A DNA stretch of 60,638 nucleotides from Macrostomum lignano (Eukaryota), in NCBI GenBank assembly GCA_002269645.1, contig NIVC01002584.1, positions 1 to 60,638 on the forward strand. The letters are read 5' to 3'. Below are positions 51,244 to 60,638 of this stretch, piece after piece (position 1 is the first letter of the stretch; every line of letters starts with the position of its first letter). The position numbers and the translations under genes are program-made. The notes under the pieces were generated by a model that was not told where the DNA came from, made no database searches, and saw nothing but the letters and a program-made list of their open reading frames with translations.

Positions 51244-51771
51244 TCACTTTTCCTGATCGCCCGCTGCTGCCCGATCAGCAATCTCGACGGACTCAGCGGC
51301 GTCCTCCTCTGAGGCTCGGGCAGCGGCCTGCAGGAGCGCCGCGGCCTGGTACTGGTGGCAGTGCCGCCTCCGCTTCTCCAGGAACTCCCGCCTGCGCTGC
51401 CGCTCCTCCTCGGTGAGTCCGGCCGCTTCCTCGTCGATGTCGGCGTCGTGCTGCGGATCGTCCATCCGCTGCCGCTGAAGAACCACCGGCGCGGGGAGCG
51501 GGTCGCCGCCGCTGCTGCTGCTGCTGCCGCCGTCTGCAGGGTCGGCATCGGCAGCGTCCGTGACGGCAACCACGGCGATATCGCTGAAGCTGGTGCGCCG
51601 GTGTTGCTGCGATGTCGGACCCGGCCAGTCCGGGTCCGGAGCCTGGAGCGTGGCTGGCGACTGGCCGCCCTGAAGTGCGGCGGCGGTTTCTCCGACAAAC
51701 TGCGTCTTCAAGATGCCCTTCTTGTGCCTGCTGGCGTTCCAGGCAGAGTTTCCAGGTGCTTCGGAAGACAT
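51244..51771 (-). CDS. Divergent protein phosphatase 1 inhibitor-2-like protein, single ORF, 175 aa
   Basis: N-terminal KKGILK (SILK motif) and C-terminal GLTEEERQRRREFLEKRRRHCHQ, resembling I-2 LSPEEREKKRQFEMKRKLHYNE. The GC-rich, exon-like codon usage starts at an ATG. Confidence 0.65.
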   Translation of the reverse strand: MSSEAPGNSAWNASRHKKGILKTQFVGETAAALQGGQSPATLQAPDPDWPGPTSQQHRRTSFSDIAVVAVTDAADADPADGGSSSSSGGDPLPAPVVLQRQRMDDPQHDADIDEEAAGLTEEERQRRREFLEKRRRHCHQYQAAALLQAAARASEEDAAESVEIADRAAAGDQEK

Positions 51772-52831
51772 TGGGTTGGGAGAGCTGCTGAAGGGAGCAT
51801 GAAAGACGCGGCATTAATGTAGGCCTTCAGAGATCGTAGTCCTAAAGTTTTATACTCAGCAATTTAAAACCACAAAAGCTGGCACGGCGTCGGTAGACAA
51901 AAGCGTCAAATTCCAACCCGCAGTGCAAATAATGCATGTGTATGAATGTTTCTCACTAAATTTAAAAAACGACTTTCAGGAAAATTTTTTGTCTTTTCAA
52001 ATAATCAACTGTCTTATAGTAAGTTGCCAGTCAACGTAGATAAACAAACCATGAGCAAGCAACAAAGTGTAAAAATTTCATTAAAAATTGGTTTTTCAAC
52101 TATCATAATTTCTTAGCTCGTATTGTCAGTTGAGATTGCTTGAGAAAAAGTCTTAAATACTCGTATAAAAAATTGCTTTTTTATACAAAGTATATAGCAT
52201 ACAAATCAAGTCTCCGTCAATTAACCTACATGTGTAAAATGATCGAAGAACATTTATTACATATGAACGGGACACAGACCTGTTTGACTGATCCGAAGGC
52301 AGAAGTAATTTGCTTGATTGCTATATTAAAGCTTTTTTGCAATTATTTAAGAGATTTTTACGGAATTATTTAAACAACTGCAAAGTTTTTTTTCAGAAAT
52401 CTCGAGTGTGAGCACCTTGAAGTAGATATTTAAATTTCGAAAAATAATTTAGTCACATTTGTCGAGCATTCACAAAAAATTTTTTAATATTTTTTATTCT
52501 AAATAATTATTGGATCGCTTTTTACATATTTTTGTCACCACGCTGTATAATGCAGCGGTTTGTTTGTTTAAGTGACCTATTCGTATAGTTTTTTTTCGGA
52601 TTTATGCAATCATTTCAAATGGCTAATATTAAATTGTAGAAGGCGATGAAGCCATCATTTCATGTATGATTTCACAATGACAGGAGAAAATTTTAATTTT
52701 TCCACAAAAGCGACTAGCATACTCAGTGACACCGATTCCAAAGAGATGAAATGCGACCAAGATATTACTATCAAATAGGGTCTAATATTTTAATTTTTTC
52801 ACAACAGCAATTATAGCACAGCCAAACAGAT

Positions 52832-52840
52832 AGATCGATC

Positions 52841-52929
<89 letters not shown>

Positions 52930-52950
52930 GATAGATAGATAGATAGATAA
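52832..52950 (+). repeat. (GATA)n microsatellite
   Basis: Direct reading. Confidence 0.97.
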
Positions 52951-54111
52951 AAATATGTATACATGGATAAATGATTTCGCGTAGTTTAATATATTTTTAT
53001 TGATTTTCGAGAAATAATTAGAAATTTTGGGCTTACAATTTATAGATCATTGTGTAAATAAGTGTACTAGTTGAGTAGTATAACGAATTTATTACGATAT
53101 TAAGCTTTATACTCAAGTGGAAGTGAAAGTTTTAATAAAAAACTGGTCATTTTCACGAAATATTTCCGATCGAGCGGTGCAAATTTCCCGAAAAACGGTT
53201 GAGCCGCATTAATTCTGAAAATCAATCATATCGCATACCCCTAGATACCGACAATTCATTTTAGTATAGTGGACTAGCCATTTTCGGCCTCTGTTAAGGA
53301 AGTAAGCAACAAAAAAGAAATTTAAAATTTTGAATAGACTACCTGTAGGTTTTGACTAACTACACCAAGAATAGGAACAACTAAAGCTTTTCTTGGAATT
53401 GCCGGTCATCATATACTTACATTAAACTGACTTTGCAACTCTTGCACTCTTTTATATCTGCAGTGTTTCAATTAGCCACAATTTAGGAATAATTGTAACC
53501 CAGCTACCAACGAAATAATAGTCTTAGCTCGCTTTTCTCTCTTTAAAAAATGCTTTTGATGCGTTATTTTAAGCGTTTAAGGACTCCGAAAAGCAACGAC
53601 AACCCTGGATGAAGCGATACCCACGTACACAATAAACGTCTTTTAGGGCGATGAGAAACCCAGCCGCTGTTGACGCCGCCTGCGAAAAGCTCTCTTACTC
53701 CCATTAGTCGGCTGCATTTCTAATGCATTCGGCACGCGTCAGTCAAACTCTCGATTTGCCTGGCAACTGCCTTCTTTCAGCGCGTCAATGCGAGAAAGCA
53801 GAGTTTGCCAGCAGAGATCGATATACCAAAGTAAAAGCAAACCATTGAGGCAAAAGACAACTTTTTTAGGGGAAGAGAAAAAGTTCCGGTTTGAAAGGTG
53901 GCTTGAGAGACAGTCAATTACTTCCATCCAACCCCTGTTTATTCGCCTCCATCTTCCATGGCAACATGCCAACAACAAGAGAAGCTTTTCTCGGTCCAAG
54001 CAAGGCAGGAAAAGGTTCTGAAACGGATAAAAAAGAGCTACCCAAAAGTAATATATACTTTCTTGCTTGCATGCTCAATACTTGCTTTTTGTTAGAAATT
54101 CACTCTGCAGC

Positions 54112-56412
54112 ATGTCTGCCATTCTTCTGAGCATTGCCGTTGCTAGCCTTTGCTCCGGGTCTCTGCTTTGGACGCCAGTGGTCTCCGAAACTGGTCTGTA
54201 ATATTTCACACACGCGGCTCAGTCAAAGCCACTCCTTAGTGAATCAGACTGATCTAGCTCTTACATCTATTTTCAGTTTTTTCAATCGACGAACCTCAGC
54301 GAACGACAACTGCTTCGATGGCATCAGCGGCTGGTGGCAGCGGCGCGGAGTGCGCACTGAAATGCGAGCTGCAGTTTGTCCGGTGCTGCTCCGCTGCCGC
54401 CTTCGTGTCCGAGACAAAGACTTGCCTCTTCTCGGCCGTGGGCAATGCTGACTTTTCTAGCCTCGTTCCTGGAGGCTCTGTCAATCGGAAGGACAAGCGA
54501 CGCCCCGATGCAGGCACGTGTAAGTGCGCTGGTGAAGTCACTGACCAATATGGCTAATTTTATCCGACACCGCTTATTGCCTCGTGTTGGTCCAACGCAA
54601 TTTAAAAATCCTTGCATTTCTGCGACTCTTGACAACATCGTTGTTGTAGTCAAGATTCGTTGGGGGGGGGGCGTAGCCTAGTAGTCCAGATGGCGCTCTG
54701 ATGTACCCGCGGTCCGGGCTCGATTCCAAGTGCAGTCACATTAAGTTGGGGCTAAATTGGAATCTCGGCTTGGCTCTGCTCGTGAAATTACGCCTTTGAG
54801 GGCCAACCCCCCAAGGCACAGTGAAGTGTACTCGTACATGATTAATAAAGTTAGGGCCGCTGTGGGAGTGTGTGCCTAGATGCGTATGACTGCGAACGTA
54901 TCCAGGAATAGTAATGCCTCTCGCCCGTTGTGTGACAATGTCTTTTAAGTGCACCAAGGTGCACATAGCCCCTGCCTCTAAAGAATAAAAAGCATCGCTG
55001 TGGTCACTGCTTCTCTTGAAATGCTTCTCGAACTCACGTTCATTCACTGTAGTGTAGACGAGCATTCTTTCAAAAACAAAGAATTTAAAAGTGCGGTGTA
55101 AGAATCTAATTTATTTCAGCGTACTTCAGCGTACTATTCCAACTCAAAGTGGAAACCCTGAAGCAGAATAATTCAGATTACAGAAACAGAAGAAACGGGT
55201 AGGGATATGTAAAGGCCATCTTTTGATTTAATGATTCCTAGTGAGAAGATCGGCACCTGTTAAATCCATAACAACTTCGTTGCAGCTTTCCTTAACAACG
55301 CATAAGCAGAATCACAGAAGAACAAAAATAAAAAGTTCGAAACCGACTGGATCAGATGGTTTGGAATCCGCAATATGAACCCTCTATAATTCCGAAATTG
55401 TATTTTCGGAAAGCGTATTTAGTTAATTAAAGGCAAGCATCGCATACGAGAGTAGCGTCATATTCAATTCCTTTAATTAAAATGCTGAGTTTCAAGACGC
55501 CCCTGTCTGAAAGCTTGTGGTCAATCTTGTGCTTCTTTCCAGTCCGACTTGTCCAGGCTGACGGCCGAACTTTCCAAGTCATCCAGCACCGATCGAAGGG
55601 CTGCCTGAGCTTTGCCCGGGGCTGGGTCGAGTATGTGCGCGGCTTCAGTGACGACACCGACTTCTGGACTGGTGAGACATGCATGGACAGTTGCTAACGA
55701 ACGGGACTCAAACCAGGAGCCAGGATTTTCCGTGTCTTTAGGGTGAGGGTTCACACAGATTAAGCACACGTACAAAGTTAAAAAATCAAATACATATTAA
55801 TAAACGACAGAGTCTGGGCTAACTTAGATTTTGACGTTTATTACAACTTACATAAATCGTTTGGGTACTAAATTTCTCATTGAGAATACGAATGCATATC
55901 TCAGATGTCTGTAAATCAAGGAGAGATCACATACGGATGAAAAGAACGGTTGGAAGTATGTTAAAAAGTATCTGGACATTTCAGGTCTGCACAAAATCCA
56001 CCAGCTCACTGGAAGCTCTCCAAAGACTCTGCGAGTTGAGGCCACGACCTGGTCGGATGTCCTGTACGTGGGCGAGTACTCTGGATTTAGTGTGGGCAGT
56101 GCCATCAACAGCTACACAATGAATTACGGTTCTTACCTGAGCAGCAGCTCCAACATGACAAGCGACTCACTCGCTCATAACAATGGAATGCAATTCTCGA
56201 CAATGGATCGCGACAATGACGGCCATTCCGCTTCATGCTCTGTTAGCCGTGGCAACGCTGGCTGGTGGTTCAAAGCCTGCTCCAGGTCGAACCCGAACGG
56301 ACTCTACCGCGACACCGCTTCAACTGACATGCATTCAGTTTACTGGACTGGCGCCACATCTGGGTCCAATGAGGCACTGAAGAGCATTCGGCTCATGCTC
56401 CAGCTGGCCTGA
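54112..56412 (+). CDS. Secreted PAN/apple + fibrinogen C-terminal (FReD) protein; exons 54112-54193, 54277-54519, 55543-55671, 55985-56412; 293 aa
   Basis: Signal-like MSAILLSIAVASLCSGSLLW and PAN-like ECALKC..CSAAAF..TKTCLF. FReD motifs are FQVIQHRSKG..F.RGWVEYVRGF...FWTGLHKIHQLT, NGMQFSTMDRDND and GWWFKACSRSNPNG. All three introns are phase 1 and the exons total 882 nt. Confidence 0.88.
54668..54955 (+). mobile_element. tRNA-derived SINE, family 1, in intron 2 of the FReD gene
   Basis: A-box TAGCCTAGTAG and B-box GGCTCGATTCC; the body aligns with 38140-38470. Confidence 0.78.
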
Positions 56413-57968
56413 ACTATTTTGGCCTAGCTACAGAGCGATGAATTGTTTGAAACTTTCATTGTAAATCGAGAGTAGGAATCCATGTTTTTTCTTTGAATCT
56501 GGACTTTTAGTTCCTGGACTATGTTTCACACAGTTTCTGTGTGCGTATTTTACAACTGTTTGTTAATCGCTCTTGGATACAAAACTACCCAAAATGTCCA
56601 AATACCCAAAATACTCGTGACACACTACATTTTTTGTCATTATTGTTGTTTTTTGGTTTGTTGATCACTAAACTAACAAACTAAACTTAAGTTTCCTACC
56701 TTACTGAAGCTTTCCATGCAATATAAACTCTTCTAGAGCCTGACTGCGTTTCTTACGATTCTTGGATGTCTATTGTACTCTCGTCACACTACAGCTTCTC
56801 ACTGCAGTTTATGTTGACTTTGCAACTTTTGATAATCCCCCTCATTCCGTCCACCCCCAGCTAAATATAGTGTCGTAAATGTGCCTAGCGGGTTGACAAT
56901 CTGAGCACGAATCAGTGCCAGCCTCATAACCAAAATAAAACTCGACAAGATTTCACTAACGAGTGTTTTCTGTTTCCAAATCATTAAATGTGATGTGCAT
57001 TTGACTATCAATCAACGTCAGGTGATTCCTTAAGCCTCAGAGAGCAGGCACAAAGGGCCTGAACCACAGATACTATATACACTAGATAGGCCAGTCCCCA
57101 TTCAGCCAGTTCATAGAAAATGGCACCCAAAAATGAATCGGGGACGAAAAAATGCTCGCTTGCACTACTGAAAACTAATCGTCAGTAGTGTATGGATGCA
57201 TAAAGGAAAATTATTTTCATTTGCATACCCACTGCATCTTTGAAAGCTTCCCGTAGACTCATAGTTTGGCTGGGTGCCACTGAGTGGCCTATCTGGTGTA
57301 TGTAAGATCCATGGGGTGAACTCAGTTAAAAAGCAGCTCAACAATGCATGTGGGCTTCCAAAGACTGCTGAAATTTTATAATACGCTGGCTTTGATATAT
57401 TTTTCCCGATAGGCGGTGGCAACAACGTCAGCTCTCTCTGAGGTCCTCTGCACAACCAGGAGCTCTGTCCTCTTGAGTAATTCCAGTATAATAGACATCT
57501 CCAAGCGCTCTTGTCGAGAGCTGCAAGTGAAAGCCATTCTAACCCATCATTTTTCATAAAAATATTTTATGACTAGCGTTTCTTGTTTTCTTCCATTTTC
57601 GCACGCTTCTGCTGGATTTTGGGATCCTGAAATGACAGTGGCATTGTCCCAGTCAAAAAATATTAAGGTAATAAAATTAAATGCGTCATTCATTACTTTG
57701 ATTGCCATCGAGTTCGACAATGCCGCGGAAAACTCAAATTAAATTGCTCGGAAATTTTATCGATAAACAATTTTTTTAATTTCTGCCGAAATGCACCAGA
57801 AGCGGTGGAAAACTAATTATTCAAATTAAATTCACCGCCGGCCTCACTGCTGAGCAGCAGACGCATAAAAATAGGAAGCCTGCAGGCGACAACCGTCTCT
57901 CAGAGCCGAGTCCAATCTTTTTATGGATCAAAACTGAAAAGTCCGTCTCCATCAACCTGCCCTCTGAG

Positions 57969-59839
57969 ATGCTGCTGCTGCTGCTTCTGCTGCCGCTGGT
58001 CCTGCAGGCTGCAGCCAGCGACTCCCCGCCGCGGCAGCCGCAGTGCGAGCAGTTCGAGCAGCTCAGCGGCACCTGCATCGCGAACGAGAGCGCCGAGCTG
58101 CTGCAGACGACTCTGAGCGAAGCGAAGCTTCCTGCGCCTTCGAGTGCTCAAAGTCACCGAGCTGCCTGGCATGCAGCGCGGCAAGCAGCGGCTGGCGAGG
58201 GCAGCTGGTGCTGACTGGGAGCAGCTCAGCTGCGCTGACTGCGGGAAACTGCAACACCGCTGTGAGAAGCGGCCGGGTGTTCGAGCTGCTACAAGGTGAG
58301 CAGCCACTTCGTGGCCATGCAATGCGTTGCTGTTCCTTTTGACAGGTGTTTAAACTCTCTACGATAGCTGGATGATGTACTCACCCTCAGTAATGTACTC
58401 CACTTACCAACGAAATGAAGTAACCCACATTGATGTACTCGCTCATGCACACACATGGTGCTGATTAGAATGCATTGCAAGCTACCAAATAAAGCTTAGA
58501 AATGCGCAAACTGATCGCACACCCCCAATCGTTCCCTTCACTTTGCAGAGACCTGCCCGATGAACGACACGCTCAATGCACCGCTTCTAGTGATGCCAAA
58601 CTCAACTGGAGCAGCGGTCAGTCTGGCCGAGCTCCTCTGCTCCCGCTGGTGCACGCGGCTGGCGGCGGACGGCTCAATGTTCGCGCCGATTCTCGACGCG
58701 GCCGCCGCTCCCGAAGCCGCCGGATCCGCCGTCCGCTGCCTGCCGCTCAACGCCTCCGCCTACTTCGCCCACATCGCTGCCGCCGACTACCCAGCCGACG
58801 ACTTCTCGCCTCTCGCCGTGTCGGTCCGTTGGCGAAGCCACTTCTCCAGCGAGACCTGGTGCACCCACACTGCGGCCGCCAATGTTCCGCCTGTGCTCCG
58901 CCTCGCTTGGTCGCAGCCGCATCACCTGGACGTTTGCGCCCACGCCTGCGCGTCGCGTCCGACCTGCGAGTTCTTCGTCTTCAACGCGTCCGGCTGCTTC
59001 GAGGGATCGCTCAGCCTCTACCTGAACATCCGCCTCCACGGCGTCCAAGGCTGCAGCATGTGGCACAAAGCGCGCACCTGGGCCTCATCAATGCTCGCCT
59101 TCTACACCTTCAACTCGAGCATGCTGAACCTCGCCAACCCGACCGTCATGCCGGCCCTCAACAACACACCGATCGACATCGGACCCGACGGCGTCCAGAT
59201 TCCGACAATTGAGACGCAGTTCGTGAGGCTCAACCTGTCGCACATCGGCTTCAACTCGCTCGTCAGGTGAGTAGCATTCAGTTGGCAGTTTTTTATTCAA
59301 GCCGCGTTACAAACTGATGCAGACGGTTGGCCATCCGAAATCGTCCGATTCCCTCCACCTACTGCTGCAGGTCGAACGCCTCCTTTACTTTCTTTGTATC
59401 GTTCAGCCGCACCACCCTGAAAGCTCGCTCGGAGCTGGCGATGCTGGCCAGCTGCTCGGACTCGCACAGACACAACGGCGCAATCAATGAGCAGTCGGTT
59501 GGAAACACGGGCTGGTACCTGAACTCCCTGACAGGAAACTGGCATGTGGTGACGTCGATACCTGAGAACTCTTCGTATAACTACTCCCGCAGCTCAGTGA
59601 ACCATCTCGCTCTGTCCATCGGACCAAATTCTGGTCAGATCATTGTGAACGGCCTGGAGGTTAACAGCACGTTCTCGAAGTATCCGAGCAGTTATGGCGT
59701 TGACCCCGAATCCATCGGCTGCTTGTACCTGGGGTACAATTATATAGCTACTTACAACCGGTATCTGATTGGCCGCATCAAGGTTTTCGGCATATTCGAC
59801 AAGTTTCTCACACGCGACGAAATCATGGAGCTTGTTTGA
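57969..59839 (+). CDS. Secreted multi-PAN/apple + LamG/pentraxin-like (concanavalin fold) protein; exons 57969-58295, 58549-59266, 59371-59839; apparent 1-nt frameshift near 58120
   Basis: Signal peptide MLLLLLLLPLVLQAAAS and PAN-like SCAFECSKSPSCLAC and LDVCAHACASRPTCEFFVFNASGC. The C-terminus NHLALS..IIVNG..LYLGY..YLIGRIKVFGIFDKFLTRDEIMEL is LamG3-like. Splice phases fit only with a frame change in exon 1. Confidence 0.75.
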
Positions 59840-60638
59840 ATATTGAGCGTTAAAGCTGAACGCTGCTTGCAAATCGCAGGATTGATAAAAAAAATATCGA
59901 CAAATACACTGAAGATCATTTATGCTAAAATAAATGTTCGTGCCGGCATTGCAAATTAATTTGACGTATTCAAATTTATTGTCTTAGGAAACCAGCACGA
60001 AATGAAGCAAGCCATGGGAATTTTGCTGATTGAGTTACAGAAATTTACATTATTGCGTTAAAGAACAACATTAGGTTAGTCAATCTTGTTGACAAATTCG
60101 GTCTGCTTGTTTTAACTGTTGACGAGTTCGATTTCCTCCAATTTCTGACATTTTAGGTCTGTTGACGAATTCGATGGTAACCCACCATACTTAATAGAAA
60201 GGTTTCGCTGTCCCTATATGCAATAATGAGTATTGATAACATTTAGATTTACACGTAGGTAGGTGCAGTGCATTGTGCAACTGTAACTGCGTCATTTTGC
60301 ACTCCGTGTTCAAATTTAGTTGTCCATCAGATTATAAAAGTCGTTTTGCACTCCGCATTCACTGGTCTTCAAATCCGCCAATGAATCCCCGGTGGTGATT
60401 CTCTGCTATTGGAAATAACTGGCCACGTGGCAGCCGTTAACTTTGCAGCAAAAAAGTTATCTATCCACCAAATTAACCCTAACTAATGGCTATTCAACGA
60501 ACTTCCAATCAGACAGCCAGTCCCATCAGATAGAAGTCAATAGCACTCCACACTTTCGCAGCTGGTCTTGGTCTTTCGGTAGTCATTCCCAGGATCTTTG
60601 TCGCAAGGCTGCTCCCGAAGCAGCTTTCTTAAAAGTTG

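Noticed and set aside
52520-52960. Possible Helentron/HINE-like element (short hairpin CGCTG-tataatg-CAGCG, GTTT tract, GATA microsatellite)
   Set aside because: The termini could not be defined, so only the microsatellite is reported.

Overview
Eukaryotic (metazoan) genomic DNA. GC-rich spliced exons sit in AT-rich introns loaded with minisatellites; the style resembles the flatworm Macrostomum, but this is inference only. From left to right: (1) 171-8320, the 3' part of a spliced, intron-containing tyrosine-recombinase (Crypton-like) gene. Its introns carry two related 40-bp minisatellites and a 5.1-kb decayed LOA-type LINE (APE-RT-RNase H) flanked by a 12-bp target-site duplication. (2) 12.3-39.4 kb, a rearranged duplication field built from an ACSF3-like acyl-CoA synthetase gene and a BIR-UBA-RING IAP gene. 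It holds three IAP copies (two direct, one inverted), one full-length ACSF3 with an apparent 1-nt frameshift, and several scrambled ACSF3 fragments. (3) 40.6-45.5 kb, a complete six-exon macroH2A gene with a different tandem repeat in each large intron. (4) 51-60 kb, a divergent PP1 inhibitor-2-like ORF and two predicted secreted PAN/apple-domain genes (PAN-fibrinogen; PAN-LamG-like). Small elements include tRNA-derived SINEs, a hAT-type MITE, a Helitron-like element and an LTR remnant. No rRNA, intact tRNA or CRISPR array was seen. All exon structures were read by hand from GT-AG sites and reading-frame phase; no database searches were run.
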